A DNA stretch of 64,000 nucleotides from Mustelus asterias (GCF_964213995.1 NC_135830.1:8246001-8310000); one strand, 5' to 3'. Positions 1 through 12,904 are shown, counted from the stretch's first letter. Numbers and translations are program-made. Notes: generated by a model not told the origin, from the sequence alone.

Positions 1-697
1 GGGACCTGGGTGTGCAAGTCCACAGATCCTTGAAAGTGACATCACAGGTGGAGAAGGCGGTGAAGAAGGCATATGGCATGCTTGCCTTTATAGGACGGGG
101 CATAGAGTATAAAAGTTGGGGTCTGATGTTGCAGATGTATAGAACGTTGGTTCGGCCGCATCTGGAATACTGCGTCCAGTTCTGGTCGCCACACTACCAG
201 AAGGACGTGGAGGCTTTGGAGAGAGTACAGAGGAGGTTTACCAGGATGTTACCTGGTATGGAGGGGCTTAGTTATGAGGAGAGATTGGGTAAACTGGGGT
301 TGTTCTCCCTGGAAAGACAGAGGATAAGGGGAGACTTAATAGAGGTGTATAAAATTATGAAAGGCATAGACAGGGTGAACGGTGGGAAGCTTTTTCCCAG
401 GTCGGTGGTGACGTTCACGAGGGGTCATAGGTTCAAGGTGAAGGAGGGGAGGTTTAACACAGATATCAGACGGACATATTTTACACAGAGGGTGGTGGGG
501 GCCTGGAATGCGCTGCCAGGCAAGGTGGTGGAGGCGGACAGACTGGGAACGTTTAAGACTTATCTAGATAGCCATATGAACGGAGTGGGAATGGAGGGAT
601 ACAAAAGAATGGTCTCGTTTGGACCAGGGAGCGGCGCGGGTTTGGAGGGCCGAAGGGCCTGTTCCTGTGCTGTATTGTTCTTTGTTCTTTGTTCTTA
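1..697 (+). mobile_element. CR1-type (HER1-like) LINE, 3' end of RT plus tail
   Basis: ORF 12..698 has the CR1 C-terminal motifs RPHLEYCVQFWSP, LERVQRRFTRM and RGDLIEVYKI, and ends in a (TTCTTTG)n tail. Confidence 0.93.
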
Positions 698-879
698 ATC
701 CTCATCTAGCTGTTAATGTAAGTGAACGTGAATAAGCTCCTAATTGGAAAAAAAGAATCCTCCAGCCAAATTTGAGGTTAAGTCCTCGATCAGAGGGATT
801 GGGTATTTATCCAGCTGTGAGAAACAGTTTAACGTTTCTTTAAAATTTCCCAGTACAAAGTATTTTTATTCACTCTTCG

Positions 880-1205
880 GACTTGGGTGTCACTGGCCGG
901 CCAGCATTTATTGCCCATCCCTAATTGCCCATGTTCAGAGGGCAATTAAGTGTCAACCACTTGGAGTCACATTTAGTCCTGACCACGTAAGGACGACAGA
1001 TTTCCTTCCCTGGGACATTGGTGAACCAGATGTGTTTTTCTGAAAATCGACAATGCTTTTATGGTCACCAAAGGATTCTGAATTCCAGATATATGTATTC
1101 AAATTCCACCATCTGCTGTGATGGGATTGGGACCCGGGTACCCCGAACATTAGCTGCGTTTCTGTATTAATAGTCTCGTGATAAAACTACCAGTCCATCG
1201 CAACC
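880..1205 (-). mobile_element. tRNA-derived SINE, SacSINE1/DeuSINE-like
   Basis: Minus strand has a tRNA-like head, central CATCTGGTTCACCAATGTCC...GGAAGGAAATCTG and a 3' tail GGGCAATTAGGGATGGGCAATAAATGCTGGCC; related copies near 31.0 kb and 50.3 kb. Confidence 0.7.
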
Positions 1206-1362
1206 ACCCCCTGAGTGTACACACCCAGAGTTCCGGTAACCAAGACACGCCATAGTATATACGATTGCAGGGCTCCCGGATTGGACAGCATTAACTGCCT
1301 CAATCAGAGAGCTCATATTCCAGTACGTCCACCTGATGGTTATTGTTAAAATCATTAAGTAT

Positions 1363-2051
1363 GTCTCTCTCTCTCTCTCTTTCTGTCTTTCTGTGCATCC
1401 CTCTCTCTGTATCTCTCTCTCTCTGTCTCTCTCTCTGCCTGTTTCTCTGTGTCTCTTCCTGTCTCTCTGCATCTCCCTCATTCACCTTCTCTCTATACTC
1501 TTCCTCTGTGTCTCCGCCCCCCTCTCAGTCTCACTCTCCTTCTCCCTCTCCTTCTCTGTCCCCCTTTTCTTATTTCTCTGTCTTTCTCTCTCTCTACCTC
1601 GCTCTGTCTTTTGCTAGTGCTGTGTCCATTGTATTCATTCAGTCTCACTGTTTCAAATTCGCTGACGCTCCCTGTCTCTGTATCTGTTTCTCTCTGCCTC
1701 CCTTTCTGTCTCCCTTTCCGTCTTTGTCTCCCTCTCTCATTACATCCTCCCATCTGTCTCCCTCTGTCTCCCTTTCTCATTCCCATCTCCCTCCCAATTT
1801 CCCCCAATTTCTATCCCTGTTTTTCTCGCTCTGTGAGAGTCCCTATCTGTCTCTGTCCTTTCTCCCTGTCTCTGTCTCTCTCTCTCGCTCTTTCTGTTTC
1901 TTTCCCTGTATCTGTTAGAAACTCTTTCAAACTCTGTCACGCTCCATGTATTTATGCCCTTCTCTCTCTTTGTCAATCTCCGTCTTTCTATCACTCTCAC
2001 TGTTGCTCTCACTGCCCTCTCTCTCTTTATCTGTCACTCTTTCTGTCTCTG
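1363..2051. repeat. CT/GA-rich low-complexity tract
   Basis: Degenerate (CT)n/(CTGT)n run; source of the spurious Ser/Leu and Arg/Glu ORFs. Confidence 0.95.
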
Positions 2052-2123
2052 TGAGGCTGTTCATTATTTCTAGTTTGAATGTCCAACAGGAAGAGTCAGG
2101 GGTCTTGTGGTTGTAGTTTCCTG

Positions 2124-3025
2124 TCAGGGTTTAATGAGTTGAAGAATTGCAGTAAGGGGATATTTTAGCAGATTTTTCAGCTGCTGTCTGAAGTGAGTCT
2201 GTGTCACAGCATAAATGGCAGTGTTTGTACAGCAACTTGTGAGTTGCAGCATGAAACCCAATTCCATAACAAAATAATGTAAATATACCGACTGATAGCC
2301 CAACTCATACATCCGACGCCATATTGAATATACCATTAATGTCGACCATAAGAGGATGAAATTGGCTGAGATAACAAACAGTAAAATGATGGAATTCCTG
2401 CGACTCTCCATCTCTGGGTCTCTGGGATTCTCCCCACTGCTGTGAGCCCGGAGTCTCCTGCGGGCTCTGCTGCTCACTAAAATGTGTCTGACGGTGAAAG
2501 CATTGAGCAGCAGAATCAGGACGAATGGGACAGTCGGGGTTAGAATGTTGTGGAGGAACTCGATTGTTCCCCAGACCGGAGAGAGCGCAACATCCAATGT
2601 GACCAAACAAAACCAGGGTTGGTTCCCCAGCAGATATATATCTAATAACATAAAATACCAGAAAATGTTCTTTAAGCAGCTCAGCACCGTCACTGTTCCC
2701 AGAACCACAGCCGCCGATTTCTCACTGCAATATTTACTTTTCAGCTTGGGGCAGCAAATGGCCACAAATCGATCAAAGGTTAAAGTGACGGTGAACCAGA
2801 CAGAACAGTCAGTGGCTGCATAAAGCAGGACGGCGTGGATGTTACACACGGGGAGCCACAGCAGGAAATTAAACTGTTCCCAATAAAGAACGGGAATGTG
2901 TCTCAATATCAGGTCGAGGATAATGACCAGCAGATCCCCCACTGACATGGCCGCCAGGTAACGGGTGACACATTTGGACAGACCACAGTTTCTGCTCGTC
3001 AGGGTCACAATTGTGATTATGTTCA
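2124..3025 (-). CDS. GPR139/GPR142-like class A GPCR, gene 1, exon 2 (TM1 end to TM7, stop)
   Basis: 7TM pattern: NIITIVTL, YLAAMSVGDLL, SVWFTVTLTFDRFVAICCP, PFVLILLLN, CCTNTAIY. Acceptor tccttcctgacAG|TG, with the AG at 3027-3026, phase 1. Confidence 0.92.
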
Positions 3026-3152
3026 CTGTCAGGAAGGAGATTAAGAATAAAATTAGATATGATTCAGGGAAAGAAATAGCCATTTAGACTGAGGACGGGT
3101 TAAAATAAAAATGTACACACTCACAGAAGAATTAAATCTATTTTTTTTAATG

Positions 3153-3318
3153 CAGCACGTCTTTTGCAGTGTGAGAGGAAAGTGGAGCATCCGGAGGAAA
3201 CCCACGCGGACGCTGGGAGAAGGTCCAAACTCCACACAGACAGTGACCCGAGACTGGAATTGAACCCAGGTCCCTGATGCTGTGAGTCAGCAGTGCTAAC
3301 CACTGTGTCACCGTGCTG
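3153..3318 (-). mobile_element. HE1/V-SINE-like SINE (5' part)
   Basis: Minus strand ACAGTGGTTAGCACTGCTG..., GGTTCAATTCC B box, and V-domain GTGTGGAGTTTG...GCGTGGGTTTCCTCCGG. Confidence 0.85.
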
Positions 3319-3924
3319 CTCCATGGTAGCGACACAATGGTACATATTTGGGAGAGAGTTTTCCGGAGAGTCCTCAATATTGTCCCTCACTCAGCTACAG
3401 CTAAATAACCCCTCTACCTTGTGGGAGATTTGGAGAGTAAGAAGGCTGAGGGAGTAAAACCTGACAGAAAATCAGGAGTGGAGTCCTGTCGGTGGTTATC
3501 TGTCGTCTCTCAGACAGCTTACTGACAACCTCTGCAGCAGAGCTGGTACCAAACAGTACTGGCTTCACCCTTGCCTCTGGACAATACTAAAAGTTGGCAG
3601 AGGGAGATCCTGATGCCTCAACAGCTCCGACTCTATTATACTTACACAGGACTGTACCCTGGAGAGGAGGCCACAGCATTGTGGCCACCGGAAGCACAAC
3701 ACAGGAAGAAACAGTCATCTCACACAGAACACAAGTAGCAGGGTTTGCTTTGAACAATGGGAGAAAACTTCAGGGTTCAGTGAATAGCTACCGTCGAGAG
3801 TGCCCAGTGTGTTTTCTGCTCTCCCACTATGGCCTACTGGACCACTGAAGCTTAGTGAGTCATCTCGCAGCAGGAACGTTGCTAATCTATGCAGGAAGTA
3901 AGAAAAACTTAAACCAAGGCCGAT

Positions 3925-4670
3925 ACCAAAGAAAAGCCAAGCAGCCTGCCTTAATGACTATCGTCCGGTGACTCTAACATTCAATATTATGAAATGCATC
4001 AGAGATTAGTCATGGAATAAATCAAATCCAGCCTCCCAGATTGCCTGGATCCACTATAGTTCACCTACTGCCACAACAGGTCCACAGACGCCATCTCCCT
4101 GGCCCTACAGTGAACCCTGGAACACAGACTCGTGTTTATTGACTTCAGCTCAGCCTTTTTCATCATTATTCCTGCGAAACTCATGTCCAAATTCCGTGTC
4201 CTGGGGTTCGGCTCCTGCCCCTGCAATTTGATCCGGAACTTCCTGACACGCAGACAGCAATAAATAAGGACAGTCAACAACACCTCCTCCACAATCATCC
4301 TCAACAGCGGTGCCCCACAAGGCTGTGCCCTCAGCCCCTTACTAGACTCCTTATACGCCGATGACTGTGTGGCCAAATTCCCCTCCAACTCGATTTCCAA
4401 GTTTGCTGATGACACCAGTGGGTCTGATCTCAAACAACAATGAGTTCGAGGACAGGGAAGAGCTAGAGAATCTGGTGAACTGGTGCGACCACAATAATCT
4501 CTTCCTGAATGCCAACAAAGCAAAGGAGATAGTCATCGACTTCAGGAAGCAGAGTGAAGTACATGCCCCTGTCTAAACATTGGGATGAAGTTGAAATGGT
4601 CGAGAGCATCAAGTTTGTATGGGTCCAGATCACCAACAACCTGTCCTGGTCCCTCCATGACGATCCAGAT
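3925..4670 (+). mobile_element. Rex1/Babar-type LINE RT fragment
   Basis: Degenerate LNDYRPV, DFSSAF, PQGCALSP, FADD and KEIVIDFRK motifs. Confidence 0.8.
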
Positions 4671-4774
4671 AGTCTGGGGCCGCAGCTCTTCGCGAGCAGC
4701 CCCCGACCGGATATAGGGCCCCCGCTTCGCCATATCCCGGACCAATCATCTACTCTTCCCCCACACCAATTACA

Positions 4775-5710
4775 TGCAGACAGGCAGCGAGACCCCCTCC
4801 CTACCCCACTGTGCATGCAGAGAGGCAGCGAGATCCCGCTCCCTAACCTACTGTGCATGCAGACGCAGCAACACCCCCTTCCTACCCCACTGTGCAGCAG
4901 AGAAGCAGCGAGGCTCCCCTCCCTAACCCACTGTGCATTCACAGAGGCAGCGTGAACCCCCGTCCTACCCCACTGTGCATGCAGAGAGGCAGCGAAACCC
5001 CCTCCCTACCCCACTGTGTATGCAGAGAGGCAGCAGACCCTCCCCCTACACCACTTTGCATGCAGAGAGGCAGCGATGCCCCCTCCCTACGCCACTGTGC
5101 ATACAGAGAGGCAGCGAGGCCCTCTCCCTACCCCACTGTGCATGAAGAGAGGCAGCGAGGCCCCCTCCCTACGCCACTGTGCATACAGAGAGGCAGCGAG
5201 GCCCTCTCCCTACCCCACTGTGCATGAAGAGAGGCAGCGAGACCCCCTCCCTACCCCACTGTGCATGCAGAGAGGCAGCGAGACCGCCTCCATAACCCAC
5301 TGTGCATGCAGAGAGGCAGCGAGACCCCCTCCCTGCCCCACTGTGGATGCAGAGAGGCAGCGAGACCCCCTCCCCACCCCACTGTGCATGCAGAGAGGCA
5401 GAGAGACCCCCTCCCTAACCCACTGTGCATGCAGAGAGGCAGCGAGGAACCCTCCCTGCCCCACTGTGTATGCAGAGAGGCAGCGAGACCCCCTCCCCAC
5501 CCCACTGTGCATGCAGAGAGGCAGCGAGACCCCCTCCCTACACCACTGTGCATGTAGAGAGGCAGAGGGACACCCTCCCTACACAGCTGTGCATGTAGAG
5601 AGGAAGCACGCCCACCCTCCCTACCTCACTGTGCATGCAGAGAGACTGAGGGACACCCTCCCTAACCCACTGTGCATGCGGCGAGGCAGCGAGACCCCAT
5701 CCCTGCCTCA
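4775..5710. repeat. 41-bp minisatellite, about 22 copies
   Basis: Unit GACCCCCTCCCTACCCCACTGTGCATGCAGAGAGGCAGCGA repeated head-to-tail with scattered substitutions. Confidence 0.95.
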
Positions 5711-6644
5711 CCGATCGTGTGCAGAGCGGCTGGAGGACCCGCTACACTCACCAATCTCGTGCAGAGCAGCAGTGGGGGTGCGCTCCCGACTCCACCAATC
5801 ACATGCAGCGTGGCATTGGGCCACTCTCCTGAATGGATCAGCCCGCCCCCCAAGGGCCCATCTGCCTGCAGGACCTGCCCCTTCAACTCCCACCCCTGCA
5901 GGTCCCGCTCCTGCACGCCATGGCCCGCAGGCCCCACTATCTTCAGGCTCCGCTCTGTAGACCCTGCCACCTCAGGCCCCACCCTCTGGTACTGCCCGGT
6001 GGGCATTGCCCAAGGGGAACCTTCCTTTGCCCTCGACCTTGCCCGGTGTCCTCAATGGCCTTCGCTTCAACCAGCGAGGCCATCACAACTCGTCCTCATA
6101 CATGTGGCCAGCTCTTTTCCTCACCGGACACAACTTCTCCGGGTGAGGCTGCAAAGGTAAGCGTGCCCGGACGATTACATCCCAGGCTCGCTAATTTTAA
6201 TTAAATTTGTTTTAAAATAAATTTCAATTATTTATTCAGCCTCTTGCCAGAAATGGGCAGGAGACTCAATCCGCCGCATTTCCGTTGCGGGTGAAGGTTG
6301 CAAGAGGCGAGAAATGGGGCCTGGAACTGAGTTCTCGGCTGTTACGCCATCAATGGGCAGGCAGTAGTGGTTATCCTGCCCCCTACTGTGTGTGTGTTGC
6401 GTGTGTCTATATTGTCTGTACCAGTATGCATGTGTGTTTGTGTGTGAGCAACAGAGTACCTGACGCGTATTCCTAAGTGTGCGTTATTCTGGAGTGTTAC
6501 AGCAATTTTGCTTCTTGAATTTGTGTGTGTGCGAGTAAGTGTCTAATCTGATTGCTTCTATCAGTAACTGTCTGTATTAATATATGTGCGTTTGAGTATG
6601 TCTGTGTGTTCGTGTTCCTGTGGCTCTGGGAGAGTTTGTGATGG

Positions 6645-6930
6645 TACAAGGGATAGCGTTGTTGCCTCATAGCACTAGGGGCCCTGGATCAATTCCAGTC
6701 TTGGCTGCTGTCTGTGCAGTCTGCACGTTCTCCCTGTGTCTGCGTGAGCTTCCTCCAGGTGCTCCGATTTCCCCCCACTCTCTGAACGTTGTGCTGGTTA
6801 GGTGCATTGGCCATGCTAAATTCTCCCTCAGTGTACCTGAGCAGGCGCTGGAGTGTGGCGACTCCGGGATTTTTATAGGTAAATTCATTGCAATGTTAAT
6901 GTTCGCATACTTGTGACACTGATGCATAAA
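6645..6930 (+). mobile_element. HE1-like SINE, variant tail
   Basis: tRNA-like head, V-domain, tail ...GCAATGTTAATGT...ACTTGTGACACT. Confidence 0.75.
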
Positions 6931-7435
6931 TTTCAACTTTTATGAAATATGTTCTCTCTCTGTGGGATCCTGCTGTGCATATATGACCAATAAAATTGAT
7001 GCTGTGGCGTGGTGATTTGGTGGGTGAACTGGTGTTATATGCAGAGGGTAAAAATGATTCTGTCTCAATCTTTTACTCACGATGGAATAGCGTTTGAGGT
7101 CACATGTCTATGGAAAGTCACAGCACACAGAAGACATCCAAGCCCATAGGCCCTCAGACAATTGTCAGTGGCTGAAAGAATTAATAACCGGAGACAGAGA
7201 TTCAACAGAAACAAGAAGAGCAGCAAGCCGAGTACAGTAAATGTCAAGGAAATCAATACAGTTAAACAGCCTTTCTAGAATTAGGAGCTGGACACAGGGG
7301 ACGGGACTTTACAGCCTCACTCTTCCCAAAGCTGCAAAATCCCACCCGTGTTCAACAATCCTCCCCATGCTCCGACCCTCACCTGCTCCGATTCCCGTGG
7401 CGGCCGAGCCGTTACAATTCCAGCCAGGGACTTAC

Positions 7436-7637
7436 CCGGAACTCCGACAATGGCCAGGAGGGGATAGTAAATGCATTGAATCGCCTTCAGTAGATATTCA
7501 ATCCGATGAGCTGATGTTATCCACAAATAATCTGCAGTAAACCAAGAAATCCAATAGAATAAACTCCTATCCTTGGTTGGAACATTCCAATCCATTGTTC
7601 CCTGATTCTGATCCATTGTTGAAACATTCCAATCCAT
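7436..7637 (-). CDS. GPR139-like GPCR gene 1, exon 1
   Basis: MDWNVST...IQCIYYPLLAIVGVP followed by donor G|gtaagt at 7435. Splices in frame to exon 2 to give IVGVPVNIITIV. Start ATG uncertain (several in frame). Confidence 0.85.
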
Positions 7638-8009
7638 TGTTCCCAGATTCTGATCTCTCCTCTCCCTCCCTCTCTCTCCACAGTCGCTGATCTCTGTTAG
7701 TGCCGGAGTTGTCGCTCCCGCTGCCTCAATGGGACAACACATTGAACGGAATCCCTTATTAATAGAAGAGGGAAATCCCCCCAGACACACTAATCGGATC
7801 CATGGAGACTCACATCAATTACAGTCACTAAACAAACAGCTTCACTTAACCCCCTTCAATCCAACACTTTTTATACCCAAAGTAGAAAATTTACAGCCTA
7901 AATGGGATGTCGCGGGTCAGGGAGTTATGGAAAGTTGGAAATAATGGAGGGTCGGACCGTAAATCTTTCAGTATTCATTCTATGTAACAGAGCTCCCTCT
8001 GCTCGCGTT

Positions 8010-8765
8010 CATTTTGAGATGACTAGAATATAAAAGCAGGGGTATACTGCTGAGGTTTAATAAGACTCTGTTCAGACCACATTCAGAATATTGTCAGCAA
8101 TTTTAGGCCCCGTATCTAAGGAAGGATGTGCTGGATTTGGAGAGGGTCCAGAAGAGGTTCACAAGAATGATCCGGGAATGAAAGACTTAACGCATGAGGA
8201 GCATCTGAGGACTTTGGGTCTATACTCGATGGAGTTTGGAAGGATGAGGAGGGGGATACCATTGGAACTTACAGAATAATGAAAGGCCTGGATAGAGTAT
8301 ACTTGGGGCTGATATTTCATTAGTAGGAGAGGCACAACCTCAGAGGAAACGGATGACCCTTTAGAACTGGGATGTGGACCTGCCGGCGTTGGACTGGGGT
8401 GGGCACAGTAAGCAGTCTCACAGCACCAGTTGTCCACACACCTGATGAAGGAGCAGCCTTTCGAAAGCTCGTGGGACTTTAACCTGCTGTTGTGAGACTT
8501 CTTACATTCGGACTTTGACGAGGAGGAATTTCTTCAGCCAGAGACTGGCGAATATGTGGAATTAATTGTCACACAAGGCTGTGGAGGCCAGGTCACTGAG
8601 TGTATTTAAGAAAGAGATATCTAGGTTCTCAACTGGTAAAGGGCTCTAGGGTTACAGGGAAAAAGCGGGAGAATGCGTTTGAGAAACTTATCAGCCAGAA
8701 TTGAATAGTGGAACAGGCTCAATGGGCCTAATGGCCTAATTCTGTTCCTATATTTTATTGTCTTA
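8010..8765 (+). mobile_element. CR1 LINE 3' fragment, interrupted by a Penelope-like piece
   Basis: Frameshifted GLYSMEF and RNFFSQR-type motifs; CR1 tail AATGGCCTAATTCTG. Confidence 0.8.
8371..8505. mobile_element. Penelope-like terminal repeat remnant (inverted arms around a hammerhead motif)
   Basis: 8372-8430 is the approximate reverse complement of 53975-54033; 8439-8473 reads CAC-CTGATGA-A-stem-GAAA-GC-TC-GTG. Confidence 0.7.
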
Positions 8766-8929
8766 CGGGTATCATGGATGTGGCTTTTAGATGAGGTTAA
8801 AGTTAATCAGGGTTGATATAGTCTGCTAAATCCAGGCTGTAGCCGATCTTATGTACAGCTTATGTACAGAACAACCTGAGTAAGGGACTTCACACAGATC
8901 AATCTCTCAGTGTTATGTGCAGTACAATC

Positions 8930-11438
8930 TGAGCAAGAGGAGCAGATTGGGAAGCAGATCCTGGAGACATGTGATAATAACAGAGTGGTCGTGATGGGAG
9001 ATTTTAATTTCCCAAATATCGATTGGAATATCCCTAGGGTAAGGGGTTTATATGGGGAGCAGTTTGTTAGGTGTGTTCAGGGGGGCTTCCTGACAGAGTA
9101 TGTGGATAAGCCTAGAAGAGGAGAGGCTGTACCTGATTTGGTATTAGGGAATGAACCTGGGCAGGTGTCAGATCTCTCAGTGGGAGAGCACTTTGGGGAT
9201 AGTGATCATAACTCAATCTCCTTTACATTAGCATTGCAGAGAGATAGGATCAGTCAAGCTAGGAAAGTGTTTATTTGGAGTTAGGGTAATTATGAGGCTA
9301 TTAGGCAGGAAATTAGAGGCATAAATTGGAAGGAGGTTTTCTCAGGGAAATGTACAGAAGAAATGTGGCAAGGAAAATGTGTCTGGAGCTCTGCACAGCA
9401 ACGTACGAATGAGACAGGGGAGTTATGGTAGGTCACAGGAACCATGGTGCACGAAAGCTGTAACGAATTTAGCCAAGAAGAAAAGAAAAGCCTACAAATG
9501 GTTCAGGGAGCTAGGTAATGTTATAAATCTAGAAGAGTATACGACTAGTAGGAAGGAACTTAGGAGGGAAATTCGAAGAGCAAGAAGGGGTCATGAGAAG
9601 GCCTTGCTGGGCAGGATAAAGGAAAACCCCAAGGCATTCTACAAGTATGTTAAGAGCAAGAGGATAAGATGTGAAGGAGTAGGACCTATCAAATGTGACG
9701 GTGGGAAAGTCTGTTTAGAACCGATAGAAATGGCAGATGTACTCAATGAATATTTTGCTTCAGTATTCACAGTGGAAAAGGATCTTGGTAGTTGCAGTGC
9801 AGACTTCCTGTGGACTGAGAATATTGAGCATGTGGACATTAGGAAAGAGGATGTGTTGGAGCGTTTGAAAAGCATCAAGGTAGATAAATCGCCGGGACCG
9901 GATGGGGTGTACCCCAGGTTACTATGGGAGGCGAGGGAAGAGATTGCTGAGCCTCTGGCGATGATCTTTGCGTCATCAATGGAGACGGGAGAGGTTCTGG
10001 AGGATTGGAGGATTGCGGATGTGGTTCCGTTATTGAAGAAAGTGAGAAGCGATAGCGCGGGAAATTATAGACCGGTGAGTCTAACCTCAGTGGTTGGTAA
10101 GTTGATGGAGAAGATCCTGAGAGGCAGGATTTATGAACATCTGGAGAGGAATAGTATGATCAGAAATAGCCAGCACGGCTTTATCCAAGGCAGATCATGC
10201 CTTACGAGCCTAATTGAATTTTTTGAAGATGTAACTAGACACATAGACGATGGAAGAGCGGTAGACGTAGATTATATGGATTTCAGCAAGGCGTTTGATA
10301 AGGTGCCCCATGCAAGGCTCATTGAGAAAGTGAAGGGGCATGGGATACAAGGGGACATGCTTTGGGGATTCAGAACTGGCTTCCCCACAGAAGGCAAAGA
10401 GTGGTTGTAGATGGGTCTTTTTCAGCATGGAGGTCAGTCACCAGTGGAGTGCCCCAGGGATCTGTTCTGGGACTCTTGCTCTTTGTGATTTTTATAAATG
10501 ACCGAGATGAGGAAGTGGAAGGATGGGTTGGCAAGTTTGCTGATGACACAAAGGTTGGTGGTGTTGTGGATAGTGTAGAGGGATGTCAGCAGTTGCAACG
10601 AGACATAGATAAGATGCAAGACACGGCGGAGAAGTGGCAGATGGACTTCAACACAGATAAGTGTGTGGTGGTTCATTTTGGCAGGTCGAATAGGATGAAC
10701 GAATGTAATATTGAGGGTAAGACGCTTGGCAGTGTGGAAGATCAGAAGGATCTTGGGGCCCGGGTTCATAGGACGCTCAAAGCAGCGTCTCAGATAGGGG
10801 CTGTGGTTCAGAAGGCGCATGGAATACTGGCCTTCATCAATAGAGGAATTGAGTTTAGAAATCGGGAGATAATGCTGCAGCTGTATAGGACCCTGGTAAG
10901 ACCCCACCTGGAGTACTGTGCCCAGTTCTGGTCGCCTCATTACAGAAAGGATGTGGAAGCCATAGAAAGGGTGCAGAGGAGATTTACAAGGATGTTGCCT
11001 GGATTAGGTGCCTTATGAGGATAGCTTGAGAGAGCGAGGTCTTTTCTCCTTGGAGAGGCGAAGGATGAGGGGTGATCTGATAGAGGTGTATGAGATGGTG
11101 AGGGGTATTGATAGAGTGGATTCTCAGAGGCTTTCACCCAGGTCTGTAATGGTTGCCACAAGAGGTCACAGCTTTAGGGTGCTGGGGAGTAGGTACAGAG
11201 GAGATGTTAGGGGTACGTTTTTCACTCAGAGGGTGGTGGGTGCGTGGAATCGGCTGCCGGTAGTGGTGGTGGAGGCGGATTCGATAGGGTCTTTTAAGAG
11301 ACTTTTGGATAAGCCCATGGAAGTTAGTAAGATATAAGGTTATAAGAAGCCTAGTAGGTAAGGACATGTTCGGCGCAACTTGTGGCCGAAGGGCCTGTTT
11401 GTGCTGTAGCTTTTCTATGTTCTGTGTTCTATGTTCTA
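8930..11438 (+). mobile_element. CR1 LINE, 5'-truncated, about 2.5 kb (endonuclease end plus RT, frameshifted)
   Basis: GDFNFPNIDW, GDSDH, KSPGPDG, NYRPVSLTS, DFSKAFDKVPH, GVPQGSVLG and KFADDTK motifs; (TTCTATG)n tail. Confidence 0.95.
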
Positions 11439-11704
11439 AGTAATGAGTACAATTGGTTGAGATTATTCGAAGGAAGATGAGAATGATGCATTAATGAGTC
11501 AGCAGAAATCATTGCACTCTTAGAAATTTGCCAGACGAACACTTTTACATTTTGAAGATCAAGCTAAGTTGAGAAGTCAGGTTGAAAGAGACGGTTTTCT
11601 TCTTGAATTAAGTAACGTGGGCTCACATTCGAACCATTGGACCCTGCAGCAACACAGCGCGGTTGAACATTGCCGACAGGCCGATGAGCAGCAGGGTGCT
11701 GTCA

Positions 11705-11777
11705 GTTTCTGTAGTGTAGTGGTTATTACATTCGCCTCACACGCGGAAAGACCCCGGTTTGAAACAGGGCGCAAGCA
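11705..11777 (+). tRNA. tRNA-Val(CAC), degenerate
   Basis: GTTTCTGTAGTGTAGTGGTTATTACATTCGCCT-CAC-ACGCG...; B box GGTTTGAAAC and acceptor 3' strand are mutated. Confidence 0.8.
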
Positions 11778-11829
11778 CTTTTGGATCCTTCTCGTTAAGC
11801 TTGGGCGAAGTCTGCATGATTTAATAAAG

Positions 11830-11930
11830 ATTTGACAAGGAGTCAACTGGACTCGAAACGTCAGCTCTTTTGTCTCCTTACAGATGCTGCCAGACCTGCT
11901 GAGACTTTCCAGCATTTTCTCTTTTGGTTT
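11830..11930 (+). mobile_element. Penelope-like terminal repeat fragment (second family)
   Basis: GAGTC..GACTCGAAACGTCAGCTC...CAGATGCTGCCAGACCTGCTGAG; similar to 26905-27040. Confidence 0.6.
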
Positions 11931-12904
11931 CTGCATGATTCAACATTCAGCGAACCTCGAGGTTACACCAACTCAAATGCATTTAGGAAAATCAGATCTT
12001 ACATCAACTCAAATGCTTTGAGGAAAATCAGAAATGCTGTATTTTAGGACGCTATGACAGCAAATAAATGTTTGTATGGTTTGCATACATATTCGCTCCT
12101 CGTTCAGCCCACAACATAATTTAATGGGTTTATGGATGCAGACTAACATATCTAATCACCATCTGAAACATGTCTGAAAGTATTGCCTCCTCATGAAGGC
12201 AAACGGAAGTGAAGCTGCAATTGAATTAGAGGTAATGGCGCACATTTCTTCGAAGCATCATTTTAAAAATTGTTCTTCATGATAAAGAAATAGGAAACAA
12301 ACACTCAGGCAGATGAGGAAATCGCGAATCAGTGCGGACCTGCTGGACTTCCTACAGATGAACGAGATTTAAATGCCACAATGTTTTACACACAGAATAA
12401 AGAAGGGTCAAGTATAAATAACAGATCATTCTTAAATCTCTTCCCTTGGAAGATATGTGATTTTTAAAAAAAGTATGGTCATTCTCCAATAAGTACCCTA
12501 GGATGTGTATTACCCAGTGAATAGATTTATTTTGATGGTCAGTCATGTTTGCAATTCAATATTTTATATTTCAGAGATACTCAATTCAGAATGCGGACAT
12601 CTGGTTAAATAAATGTACTGATATTAAATGTTGAATAACGAACCAATACTGGATATAAACGGTTGAAATTATTGGACGGAAGATGAGAATGATGCATTAA
12701 TGATTGAGCAGAAATCATTGCTCCCTTAGACATTTGCCGGACGATCGCTTTTTAACTTTGAAGTACAAGATAAGTTGAGATATCAGGTTCAAAGTAACGG
12801 ATGTGTTCTTGTATTGAGTGACATGGGCCCTCAATCTCACCATTAGAACCTGCAGCAACACTGTGGAGTTGAACATTGTAGTCAGGCCGATTGGCGGCGC
12901 TATG

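Noticed and set aside
1167-2054. Several long ORFs
   Set aside because: CT microsatellite read-through
3026-3083. ORF-track N-terminus MAISFPESY of the GPCR (likewise the start at 40862)
   Set aside because: Polypyrimidine tract and acceptor read-through; proper first exons exist at 7436-7637 and 38721-38790
4775-5960. 314-aa and overlapping repetitive ORFs; array superficially CRISPR-like
   Set aside because: Translations of a head-to-tail 41-bp minisatellite with no unique spacers; eukaryotic context with no cas genes
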